Positions 1 to 8,564 of a stretch of DNA of 64,000 nt are shown in pieces (position 1 is the stretch's first letter; every line of letters starts with the position of its first letter). The notes beneath the pieces are model-generated. The model saw only the letters and a program-made list of their open reading frames with translations, ran no database searches and was not told where the DNA came from. The translations under genes and the position numbers were made by a program. Source of the DNA: Blastocatellia bacterium (GTDB lineage Bacteria; Acidobacteriota; Blastocatellia; HR10; J050); assembly GCA_026985075.1 (NCBI GenBank), contig JALSQX010000020.1:158966-222965 (forward strand), read 5' to 3'.

Positions 1-172
1 AGCTCGCGCATATCTCGCTGCGAAGAACCTCGGGGTCGACGCGCCCCCTCAGGATGAGATGAGGATCATCCCATTTCGATCCCACTCGAGCGGTCGTCGC
101 TCGATCCACCACGCTATCTGTGATCGTCACCCTGTGCATCACTCGGTCGATGCTCGGTCCGCGCCGGCCATC

Positions 173-538
173 TCATCTCACACCTTTTTCGGCCAGTATC
201 TTCTCGACCTCCCGGATCAATTCCTCGGGATCGCTCGATTTGACGACGTATCGCTCCGCCAGCCAGGATGTATAATCATCCTGAAACGAGATGTAGGCCG
301 AGCACAGAATCACGGGCACCTCGGGATGGGCTTCGACCATGCGCTGCAATACGTCCAGCCCACTCTCCTGCTCCAACTTGATGTCGAGCACCACCGCGTC
401 GATCGGGTGCTCTTGGAGAATGCGCATCCCTTCAGTCCCCGAGGAAGCGGTGAATACGCGATGTCCGGCTTCGGTGAGAGCGTCTTCGTACAGCAGGCGA
501 ATGCTCTGTTCATCATCAATGACCAGGATCGTGGCCAT
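173..538 (-). CDS. Stand-alone response regulator receiver (CheY-like REC, no output domain)
   Basis: The protein MMATILVIDDEQSIRLLYEDAL...DAVVLDIKL has the phospho-acceptor Asp and conserved Lys typical of REC. The ATG at 538 sits 7 nt after an AAGGAG RBS. The track start at 541 is GTG. It overlaps the 3' end of the upstream kinase gene by about 23 nt, implying translational coupling. Confidence 0.85.
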   Translation of the reverse strand: MATILVIDDEQSIRLLYEDALTEAGHRVFTASSGTEGMRILQEHPIDAVVLDIKLEQESGLDVLQRMVEAHPEVPVILCSAYISFQDDYTSWLAERYVVKSSDPEELIREVEKILAEKGVR

Positions 539-2147
539 CACCCTGCTCCTTTGCTGGAGGAATTCTCACCAACACGGTACATCCATTCCCCCGCTCGCAG
601 ACGACATTGATACTGCCGCCGAGATTGTCGATGATTTGCTTGGCGGTATACAATCCCAGACCGCTACCCGTTGGTTTCGTCGTGAAGAACGGCTTGAACA
701 GATTGCTCAACGCCTCCTCGGGAATCCCCATCCCGGTATCGGCGATCTTGATGATCACCTGACCTTGCCCGACATCCGTCTCAATGAACAGGTCTCCGCC
801 CTCCGGCATAGCTTCGCCAGCATTATTCACCAGATTCTCCAGGCAATTATAGAGCTGCCGGCGATTGGCCATGATGGGAGGAATGTCGGTGTTCAGTTTC
901 AGGTGACAATTGATCCTGGTCGCCTTCCATAACGCTTGCTTTTCCTGACAGAGTACGGTGAGGATATGGTTGACGTCTACCGGCTCCCTCTCCGAAGCGC
1001 GCCGGGCATCGACGAATTTCACGAAATCTTTCAACAGATCCTCCAGGCGCTGAGCCTCGCGCATGATCGCCTGGGTATATTTGGCGTATGGGCTCTCGGC
1101 TCCCAATTTGCGAGTCAATTGACGGGCCAGTCCCCCAATGGCCACGATGGGATTTTTCACCGAGTGCGTTAATTGCAATACCATCTCCCCAGCAGCGATA
1201 TCCTCCTTGAGTCGGAGAATCTCCTCCTGACGCTCCTGAATTTGGCGATGCGCTTCCTCCAGCGTGCGCAGTTTTTCCTGCAGCTCGGCATAAGCCAGCC
1301 CGCGCTCCAGAGCCAGTGAGATTTGTTTGGCGAAAATGTGTACGGCGCGCAGATCATCCGATGAGACGTCCCGCCCGGTAACGAAATTATCGAGCAGGAT
1401 CGCCCCCAGCGGACGCTTCAGGTGAGAGAGCAGGGGGAGGACCCAGAACGTGGTCTGCCCATAGAATTCTCTGAGGGGTTTGGCAATCTCCATCTCGGGA
1501 TCGACGCGGCACACCGCCGCCGACGCGAACACCTGCTGGAATGGCGAATCATCGAGCGAGAAGCGAAACCGCTGGAGCACTCCCTCGAATTTGGTCCGTT
1601 CCCGCTCGTAGATCTCCGGCGAGTAGTGCATCAGATCGAGCGTGGTGAGTTTTCGATCCGAAATCTCATCCCAGATCCGATAGGCCTCATCGCGATCTCT
1701 CGGTCCCAGGGCGAAGACGCCAACGAGTTCCTGGTGGCTGGCCAACAAGGCTACACCTCGATTGAATCCCAGGCTCGTCCCCGCCGTCAGCGCGACCAAT
1801 CCCTTATAAAGGATTTCTTCGGGATCGAGCGCCCACTCGACCGTATTGGAGAGATGGAGAAGCGTGTCCAGAATCTCGTCACGAATCTCCAACATCTCGC
1901 GGAATTGGGTCAACTTATGCCCCCGCCATATGGCCGCCGCGACCAGTCGCATCAGGACATCGGCGACGCGGCGTTGTTCCTCGGAGAGTTGCTCCAGATT
2001 GAGGGGAAACGCCTCACAACTCATGCACATCTTCTGGAGCCGCTCTTTCAGCACATCCAAAGTCGTATCTTCCCGCCCGGTGAGGAAAGGACAAATAGTG
2101 GGATCTTCCGGGAAAAGGAGACAACGATGTGTGGCCACATTATTCAT
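516..2147 (-). CDS. Cytoplasmic GAF-domain sensor histidine kinase with an N-terminal Cys cluster
   Basis: It has an H-box (LTHSVKNPIVAIGGL) and HATPase_c motifs (NLVNNAGEAM, DTGMGIP, GSGLGLY). A central GAF-like region is present and there are no TM segments. The N-terminus carries C10, C20, C42 and C45 (CMSC). The ATG at 2147 follows a GGGGTGAAG RBS. The track start is TTG. Confidence 0.85.
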   Translation of the reverse strand: MNNVATHRCLLFPEDPTICPFLTGREDTTLDVLKERLQKMCMSCEAFPLNLEQLSEEQRRVADVLMRLVAAAIWRGHKLTQFREMLEIRDEILDTLLHLSNTVEWALDPEEILYKGLVALTAGTSLGFNRGVALLASHQELVGVFALGPRDRDEAYRIWDEISDRKLTTLDLMHYSPEIYERERTKFEGVLQRFRFSLDDSPFQQVFASAAVCRVDPEMEIAKPLREFYGQTTFWVLPLLSHLKRPLGAILLDNFVTGRDVSSDDLRAVHIFAKQISLALERGLAYAELQEKLRTLEEAHRQIQERQEEILRLKEDIAAGEMVLQLTHSVKNPIVAIGGLARQLTRKLGAESPYAKYTQAIMREAQRLEDLLKDFVKFVDARRASEREPVDVNHILTVLCQEKQALWKATRINCHLKLNTDIPPIMANRRQLYNCLENLVNNAGEAMPEGGDLFIETDVGQGQVIIKIADTGMGIPEEALSNLFKPFFTTKPTGSGLGLYTAKQIIDNLGGSINVVCERGNGCTVLVRIPPAKEQGDGHDPGH

Positions 2148-2214
2148 CAAGCTTCACCCCGCACCGGACATGAGCGCTCATTCGGCCCGACCGTCCGGCT
2201 CGCACGCCGCTTCA

Positions 2215-2243
2215 ATTGTAGTTTTTGTCTTGGCGGATTGCAA
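2215..2243 (-). promoter_or_regulatory. Near-consensus sigma70-type promoter for the HK-RR operon
   Basis: On the minus strand: -35 TTGCAA (2238..2243), a 17-bp spacer, -10 TACAAT (2215..2220), about 65 nt upstream of the kinase start. It stands out in a roughly 60% GC background. Confidence 0.4.
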
Positions 2244-2388
2244 ACATCCCCACGTGATCGAATCGACGCGACGCCCATTGAGACAGTCTCATCAGCCGTA
2301 AAGTGAGGAGGACAATCCGTAGACGATGCTCCCCCGGTCACCTCATGGAATCCAACATTCGCCAGACGGGATCGCTCTTCACGTATGG

Positions 2389-4149
2389 CTACGGATGGCG
2401 CTCTCTCGATCCACGAGGCCAGGGAATCGGCCACATGTCATCGCCGAATTCAACGACCCCGGCATCCGGCCCGCGCCCGCGAAAATCGCCGAGGTACACG
2501 GGATCGCCGGCATGCCATCTGATCGCCCGGGCCAGCGTCAGCGTGTGGCGCACCGTATCGACATGCCGCACGGCGATGGCCAGTTGCGCGCCGACTTTCA
2601 CGCGATCCCCCGGAATGAATCCGGCCCCATCAGTGAAGTACGAAGCGTCCACCACGGGGACGACGTTCCCCGAACCCGCCGATCTGGTGCGGGTCAATGG
2701 AACGCCGATATCGATACACCCGCACCCCTCGGCCAATCGAACATCGCCGACGGCGGGATCGACCAAGCGCGGTACGACGTGACGGTTCGCCGCGAAGAGA
2801 TTCAACACGCGCAACGGATCGTCCGGGAAGGCCACGGCCGGTTCTCCAAGATCCGCCGTCAGGTCCGTATCCGAACAATTCCCGGCGATGATGAGCGAGG
2901 CGCGAAGACACCGGGCCTCGTCCAGGCTCCCGAGTTGAACGCGACATGTGATGGACTGCTCGTGATCGCGCCAGCCATTCCCATAAAAGACATTATTCTT
3001 GATGACGTTGTCACTGAGATCGACATCGGAGATCCCCCAATTGGTGATCATCACGCCGGTTGATCCGTTACCCACAAACGCATTGTGATACACGCGATTT
3101 CCGTAAATATGCGGAGCCTCATCCCAGCCATTGATGATGAGGCCGCTCTCTTCATTGGCCAGGAACACATTCCGCCGGACGATCGTTTCCGCCGCCGCCA
3201 ATTGCATGCCCGATCCCCCCTTCTTTCCATCCGCTGAACGGCTCGCACCGACGAAGACGTTATATTCGATGAGATTGTGTCGGGCCACGAATTGCTCACC
3301 GGGCGCCCAGCGCGGGTGCACCTGCCAGACGACATCGAGATCTTTCTGCCAGGCGTTCTGGAAGTAATTCCGACGCACGATGGTGAACGACGTATCGATA
3401 TTGACCAGAGCGTGGCCAGCATTCAGGAACGTATTCCCCTCGATGAGCGTGTGATGTGCCCCTCGACTCACGCGGAGAGCATCGCCCCGTCCCGTCCGGG
3501 CATCTCCCCAACCCTCGAATACGTTGCCGATGATGCGATTGTCAGACGCCCCGTCAGAGACGAGGAGCCCAGCATATGCGGCGTGCGATTGTCGTCCCGA
3601 GGCGATGAACCTGTTTCCGATGATCTCATTGTGATGACCGTTTTGGATCTCACCCCAGCCGAACAAGGGATGGCGGAAGGTGATGCCTTCTACAGTGATG
3701 TATGACCTCTCGTTCAGGTTGATGAGCCATTCCGTCCGCTCGATGACCACCGTTTGACCGGGAACGGCACGGTAGGTGATTCTTCGCGCCGCCGTGCCCG
3801 ACCGCCCGGGGCGAAGAGTCTGGCGATACGCGCCGCCGAAAATGAGGACCGTGTCGCCGGGATGAACGGCGGCATTGGCGCGGCCGAGCGTCCGCCATCT
3901 CGTGGCCGGCGTCCGCCCATCATGGTCATCGTCACCTCGACGAACATCGACGTAATACGTCACGCCATCACGGTGTGCCGTCCCTGACATCGCCGTCCAT
4001 CCCATGGCGAGGCTCGCCAGGAATACCAACAGGAGCCAGCGATGCCGCCCGGCGAGAACGGAGCGATCACATGAGGTTCTGATTGTCATCGATAGTTCAT
4101 CGCGGATGTTCGAGATGTCCCCCGGGAAAACGTTCCAGGACGCCTTCAC
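2389..4149 (-). CDS. Secreted right-handed parallel beta-helix repeat protein (pectate-lyase-like fold), function unknown
   Basis: An N-terminal hydrophobic signal (RWLLLVFLASLAMGWTAMSG) is followed by repeated NxxxxN / IxGNxF / GNGxxG beta-helix coil motifs. The start is either GTG 4149 (with a GAGGGG RBS) or ATG 4089. It lies 12 bp downstream of the amidase gene, suggesting co-transcription. Confidence 0.7.
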   Translation of the reverse strand: MKASWNVFPGDISNIRDELSMTIRTSCDRSVLAGRHRWLLLVFLASLAMGWTAMSGTAHRDGVTYYVDVRRGDDDHDGRTPATRWRTLGRANAAVHPGDTVLIFGGAYRQTLRPGRSGTAARRITYRAVPGQTVVIERTEWLINLNERSYITVEGITFRHPLFGWGEIQNGHHNEIIGNRFIASGRQSHAAYAGLLVSDGASDNRIIGNVFEGWGDARTGRGDALRVSRGAHHTLIEGNTFLNAGHALVNIDTSFTIVRRNYFQNAWQKDLDVVWQVHPRWAPGEQFVARHNLIEYNVFVGASRSADGKKGGSGMQLAAAETIVRRNVFLANEESGLIINGWDEAPHIYGNRVYHNAFVGNGSTGVMITNWGISDVDLSDNVIKNNVFYGNGWRDHEQSITCRVQLGSLDEARCLRASLIIAGNCSDTDLTADLGEPAVAFPDDPLRVLNLFAANRHVVPRLVDPAVGDVRLAEGCGCIDIGVPLTRTRSAGSGNVVPVVDASYFTDGAGFIPGDRVKVGAQLAIAVRHVDTVRHTLTLARAIRWHAGDPVYLGDFRGRGPDAGVVEFGDDMWPIPWPRGSRERHP

Positions 4150-4160
4150 CAGTCATCCCC

Positions 4161-5894
4161 TCAACTGGTCAGCGGGGGATGCTTCAGATGAAAATCGGTG
4201 GCATCCTGGTAGGCTTTGGCGACGGCGAGTAATTCGGCTTCACCATAGAGCTTACCGATGAACGTGATACTCGTCGGCGTTCCATCTTTCCTGAATCCGT
4301 TGGGCAGGACCACAGCCGGATGTCCGGTCAAGTTGGTCAACAGGAGATTATGTCCACCGAACGAGGGAGCCACGTAGACATCCACCTGGGACATCACCTC
4401 GGCCATCGCTCGCATGACGAGCGTGCGCACGCGGTTGGCCTGAATGTACTCCACAGCCGGGATAGTGCGCGATTGACGAAAGACGTTGGGCCACGCGTTT
4501 TTGATTTGTCGCACGAGCAGGTCATCCCGGTTGCTGCGGGTGAGCTCATCGAACGCCGCCGCCGCCTCGGCATTGAGGATGAACGAGAGCGCCTCGATGG
4601 GATAATCGGGAAGCGCGATGGGGATGAGCTTCAATCCCATTTGGCGCAGCGTCTCCAGCGTCGCCTGGTCATGCGCTTTCCACTCCTCATCCTTGCGATC
4701 GCGCTCGAATTCGCTCTTGAGATAACCAATCCGCAATTGCCGAATGTCCAGATGGGGATCCCAATTGAACGGCAGATCGACCACGGTGAGATCTTTGCCA
4801 TCGGGTCCATAGATGGCATTGAAGACGACGGCGCAATCCTCCACGCTCCGGCACATCGGGCCGAGCTTATCCATGCTCCAGCTCAACGCCATGGCCCCAT
4901 AGCGACTGACGCGCCCGAAGGTCGGTCGCAGGCCGGTCACGCCACAGCGCGTCGACGGCGAGATGATGGATCCCCAAGTCTCTGAGCCGATGGAGAATCC
5001 CACCAGACCCGCTGCCGTGGCCGCTCCCGGCCCGGCCGACGAGCCGCTCGATCCCTGTTTGAGATTCCAGGGATTCTTCGTCTTCCCTCCGAACCAGACA
5101 TCGCCCCAGGCCAGCGCTCCCAGCGTCAGTTTGGCCACCAACACGGCACCGGCTTGTTCCAACCGCTTGACCACCGTGGCATCCTCATTGATGACTTGAT
5201 CCTTATAGGGCATGGCTCCCCAGGTCGTTCGATAGCCCTTGGTGGCCAACAAGTCTTTGGCGCCCCAGGGAATGCCGTGCAAGGGTCCGCGATAGCGTCC
5301 ACGGGCCAGTTCCTCATCGGCTCGCCTGGCTTGCTGCATGGCCAACTCCTCGGTCAGCGTCACGACGCATTGGAGCTGAGGATCGTATCGCTTCAAGCGG
5401 TCCAGGTACATCTCGGTCAGCTCCACCGAACTCACCTTGCGCGATTTGATCAACCGGCTGAGATGCACGACCGGCCAGAAAGCCAGCTCCTCTCGTCGAG
5501 AAGGGATGTCCGGGATGTTCACCTTGCTCATCTTGAATGGTCGCCGCCGGCGCGAAAACGTCATACCGGGCACGATGGGGTTGAACTGCAGAGCCGGTGG
5601 CACGCTGTTCTCCAGATGAACCGTCCGCAGCTTCTCGTAATTGCCGAGCAACTCATTGACGCCTTCCACCATGAGCTCGCGCTCAGCATCGGTGAACCGG
5701 AGGCCAGCAATCTGCTCGGCACACTGGATGGTCTCTTTGGTGATGCGGAGCTTTTTCTCCTCCTGGATCTTCGCCCAGAGTGCGCCAGGAAAGAGCGTAG
5801 ACGATAATCCCAGGGTGGAAAAATAGGCCATGAATCGGCGACGCGTCAGATGCGGCGCTTCGGCTGTCTCCCAGAGATTCTTTCCGTCAAACAT
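4161..5894 (-). CDS. Amidase-signature (AS) family amidase with a Tat signal peptide
   Basis: The Gly/Ser-rich amidase signature GSSGSSAGPGAATAAGLVGFSIGSETWGSIISPS is present. The N-terminus has a twin-arginine motif (TRRRFMAYFSTLGLSSTLFPGALWA). The ATG at 5894 was confirmed in the sequence. Confidence 0.85.
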   Translation of the reverse strand: MFDGKNLWETAEAPHLTRRRFMAYFSTLGLSSTLFPGALWAKIQEEKKLRITKETIQCAEQIAGLRFTDAERELMVEGVNELLGNYEKLRTVHLENSVPPALQFNPIVPGMTFSRRRRPFKMSKVNIPDIPSRREELAFWPVVHLSRLIKSRKVSSVELTEMYLDRLKRYDPQLQCVVTLTEELAMQQARRADEELARGRYRGPLHGIPWGAKDLLATKGYRTTWGAMPYKDQVINEDATVVKRLEQAGAVLVAKLTLGALAWGDVWFGGKTKNPWNLKQGSSGSSAGPGAATAAGLVGFSIGSETWGSIISPSTRCGVTGLRPTFGRVSRYGAMALSWSMDKLGPMCRSVEDCAVVFNAIYGPDGKDLTVVDLPFNWDPHLDIRQLRIGYLKSEFERDRKDEEWKAHDQATLETLRQMGLKLIPIALPDYPIEALSFILNAEAAAAFDELTRSNRDDLLVRQIKNAWPNVFRQSRTIPAVEYIQANRVRTLVMRAMAEVMSQVDVYVAPSFGGHNLLLTNLTGHPAVVLPNGFRKDGTPTSITFIGKLYGEAELLAVAKAYQDATDFHLKHPPLTS

Positions 5895-5946
5895 AACGCC
5901 TCCTCTCCAATGAATTCGGGTGAACGAGCAGACTGAACCGCCCGCG

Positions 5947-7272
5947 TTACTTCTCCAGCGCTCCTTGGTCGATTTTCAGGATCGTGTGGAGCAGCACATT
6001 GGCCCCATTGGCCATATCCTCGGGCCGGGTGTACTCCTTGGGCGAATGGCTGATACCGCCGACGCTGGGAACGAAGATCATGCCCGTCGGCGCGATACGC
6101 GCCATGTCTTGTGCATCGTGACCGGCGCCGCTCGGCATGAACATGTAACTCAATCCCAATTCCTCAGCAACCTGGGCGATGATCGCTCGCATCCGTTCAT
6201 CGGTGGGCGCAGGCACCGCCGTGACGTCCAGCGGCGTGAAGCGAATCGTGGTGCCCGTTTTTCTGGCGATGACCTCGGCTTCCCGTTTGATCTTTTGAAA
6301 CAGCATGTGAATTTTCTCGGCCGAGAGATCGCGCAACTCCAGGCTCATGACCACTCGACCGGGAATAACGTTGGGCGCGCCCGGTTCGGCGCGAATGCGT
6401 CCAACGGTGCCCACCTGGCGGCCCGGCACGCTGGTCACCACTCGGTTGACGGCGATGATCAGGTGAGCGGCAGCCAGTAGCGCATCGCGCCGATCGTTCA
6501 TCGGCGTCGTACCCGCATGATTGGCGAATCCCTCGATGGTCACCTCCCACCAGTTGATGCCCACAATCCCTTCCACGACACCAATATCGATGCCTCGGGA
6601 ATCGAGGACACTGCCCTGCTCGATGTGGAGTTCGATGAACGCAGCGATGTCGCCTTTGTGACGCACGACCTCCTCTAGCCGATCGGGATCACCGCCAATG
6701 GCGCGAATGCCCTCGCGAATCGTCTGGCCACTCTGACTCACCACCCGAAGCGCTTCCGGCCCCAGATCCCCAATCAGAGCGCGACTCCCCACCAACCCGC
6801 CCTCTTCATCAGAGAAGACGATGACCTCCAATGGATGACGCGTGACGAGGCCATGCTCCTGGAGAACCTGCACGCACTCGATGGCCGCGATGACGCCAAC
6901 ATCGCCATCATAATTTCCCCCGTGGGGAACGGAATCGATGTGCGAACCAAACATGATGGGTGGGAGATGCGGATCGCGCCCCTCCCGGCGACCGATGATG
7001 TTGCCGGCGGCATCGATGTGCACGCGAAGGCCCGCCTGCCGCATGAGCGACATGATGTACTGTCGCCCCTGAATATCGGCCTCGCTGAACGCCAGGCGAC
7101 TGACGCCGCCTTCGGGATTCTTCCCGAACTCGGCGAGTTGCAGAATGCGTTGCTCGATGCGCCGAGCATTGACGCGCAGATGGCGATAGGGGGCTTCGCG
7201 TTGGACAGCCCGAGGAGTGGATGTGAAGCAGACGAACAGACCGACCACGAGCATCGCACATCGATTTCGCAT
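5947..7272 (-). CDS. Secreted M20/M40-family Zn amidohydrolase (N-carbamoyl-amino-acid / allantoate amidohydrolase-like)
   Basis: It matches the M20 dimetal hydrolase family (GSHIDSVPHGGNYDGDVG, dimerisation region, SGAGHDA). The true start is ATG 7272 (MRNRCAMLVVGLFVCF signal peptide) with a GGAGGA RBS 6 nt upstream. The track ORF is N-extended to 7413. Confidence 0.8.
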   Translation of the reverse strand: MRNRCAMLVVGLFVCFTSTPRAVQREAPYRHLRVNARRIEQRILQLAEFGKNPEGGVSRLAFSEADIQGRQYIMSLMRQAGLRVHIDAAGNIIGRREGRDPHLPPIMFGSHIDSVPHGGNYDGDVGVIAAIECVQVLQEHGLVTRHPLEVIVFSDEEGGLVGSRALIGDLGPEALRVVSQSGQTIREGIRAIGGDPDRLEEVVRHKGDIAAFIELHIEQGSVLDSRGIDIGVVEGIVGINWWEVTIEGFANHAGTTPMNDRRDALLAAAHLIIAVNRVVTSVPGRQVGTVGRIRAEPGAPNVIPGRVVMSLELRDLSAEKIHMLFQKIKREAEVIARKTGTTIRFTPLDVTAVPAPTDERMRAIIAQVAEELGLSYMFMPSGAGHDAQDMARIAPTGMIFVPSVGGISHSPKEYTRPEDMANGANVLLHTILKIDQGALEK

Positions 7273-7472
7273 ACACTGTCCTCCACTCATTCGGCGACGT
7301 CTGGCCAATGGTTTCCCAGGATGACTCTCTGAGCGTCGTCCAAGAGAACCGATGGTGAGAGTGCCTCGACCTCGGTACCCACGTCCAGGGTTCTCCGAAT
7401 CCACTCTCCCCATAGCGCGAGCATCGCCTTCATACTATGCGGTGAAGTATAGCCACGGCCATGCCAGCGTCA

Positions 7473-7546
7473 AGGATCGCCCTTTACTGCCGCCGTTCAG
7501 CGATCCGGTTGGGGGAACGTCCCGCGTTTTGTGAAAGGGCGATCCT
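7473..7546. other. Large perfect inverted repeat (13-bp arms, 48-nt loop) between the M55 and M20 genes
   Basis: AGGATCGCCCTTT (7473..7485) and AAAGGGCGATCCT (7534..7546) are exact reverse complements. The element starts 16 nt after the M55 stop. The loop contains a small GGGAacgTCCC hairpin. Confidence 0.35.
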
Positions 7547-7561
7547 CTTGGCCAGAAACCC

Positions 7562-8464
7562 TCACGGCTCCAACGCCGGATTGTAGGTGAGCATGAATTC
7601 CAGAAATTTGGAGATCTCGATCATATCCTTGCCCACGAATCGAATGCTGTGCGAATCGGTGCGCTCAACGATCGGCAGGTAGCTCAAGATCTCCGGCGGA
7701 CGATAACTTTTGAATCGCACATCCAGTCGAATGGGCGTCTTGAGCTTGTAGGGTTTGAACTCATGGATGCGAGCAATCGCTCGTTTGACTTTCCGGCGGA
7801 TGAGGGCATAGGCCGCTTCCGGCGTCAATGTCTTCGCCGAATGGAAACTATAGGCCCATTTGACGATGGCTCCCTCAATATCGCCTAACAGCGCCTGCGC
7901 TTCTTTCACAATGGCATCATCGCCCGAGATCATGATGACCGGTACGTTGAAATGACCGGCGATAGCCGCATTGATTCCGGCCTCGGGCATGGAGATTCCA
8001 TTCAGACGGACATCGGTCAGGCGGGCACTGGAGAGCGTATGAGCGCGGACCCCGGCGAGATTGGTGGTGCTGGCGTGATATCCGAGGAAGATCACTCCAT
8101 CGAACGTCTCATCAATGCCCTGCATCATCATGAGCGGGCGCGGCCAGGAGCGGATGATCGTCACGCTCTTGGGGAGCTTTTCGATGAGGAGATTCTGGCC
8201 ATTGCCATGGGAATCGCTGACCACGATCTCCGTCGCGCCGGCCTCGAACGCCGCTGCGATGGCCGCGTTCACCTCTCCGGTCATGAACTCGCGGAACCGC
8301 TCATATTCGAATCCTCCCGGCCCTAACTGCTCGCCGGTCACCACACCGACGACGCCTTCCATATCGGCCGAGATGTAAATTTTCAGTTTCTCCTGGGCCT
8401 GTCCGGTGATGGCGAAACCCCAGACGAAGATGAAGAGTGCGAAGGAACGCACCACACGGTTCAT
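7562..8464 (-). CDS. Peptidase M55 D-aminopeptidase (DppA family)
   Basis: A signal peptide is followed by ISADMEGVVGV, VVSDSHGNG and other DppA-family hallmarks. The protein is 300 aa. Confidence 0.8.
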   Translation of the reverse strand: MNRVVRSFALFIFVWGFAITGQAQEKLKIYISADMEGVVGVVTGEQLGPGGFEYERFREFMTGEVNAAIAAAFEAGATEIVVSDSHGNGQNLLIEKLPKSVTIIRSWPRPLMMMQGIDETFDGVIFLGYHASTTNLAGVRAHTLSSARLTDVRLNGISMPEAGINAAIAGHFNVPVIMISGDDAIVKEAQALLGDIEGAIVKWAYSFHSAKTLTPEAAYALIRRKVKRAIARIHEFKPYKLKTPIRLDVRFKSYRPPEILSYLPIVERTDSHSIRFVGKDMIEISKFLEFMLTYNPALEP

Positions 8465-8564
8465 CGTCTCTCCCTCCTCAAAACGATGTCTTGAAAGCGG
8501 TCTGGAGACGAGGAAGCGCTGGCCTCATCGATTGCGCTTCCCCGCCTCCACAACCGGATTTCCT

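Noticed and set aside
59-932. Plus-strand ORFs 59..610 and 339..932 at the window start
   Set aside because: They are antisense to the REC and histidine-kinase genes, which have unambiguous domain motifs.
5947-7413. Long N-terminal extensions of several track ORFs (for example M20 to 7413, actB to 53270, actE to 48087, M16 to 62454, Lon-like to 39975, PCD to 30246)
   Set aside because: The extensions lack an RBS, begin at GTG/TTG, overlap upstream genes, or precede obvious signal peptides or conserved N-termini. Shorter starts with an AGGAGG-type RBS were chosen.
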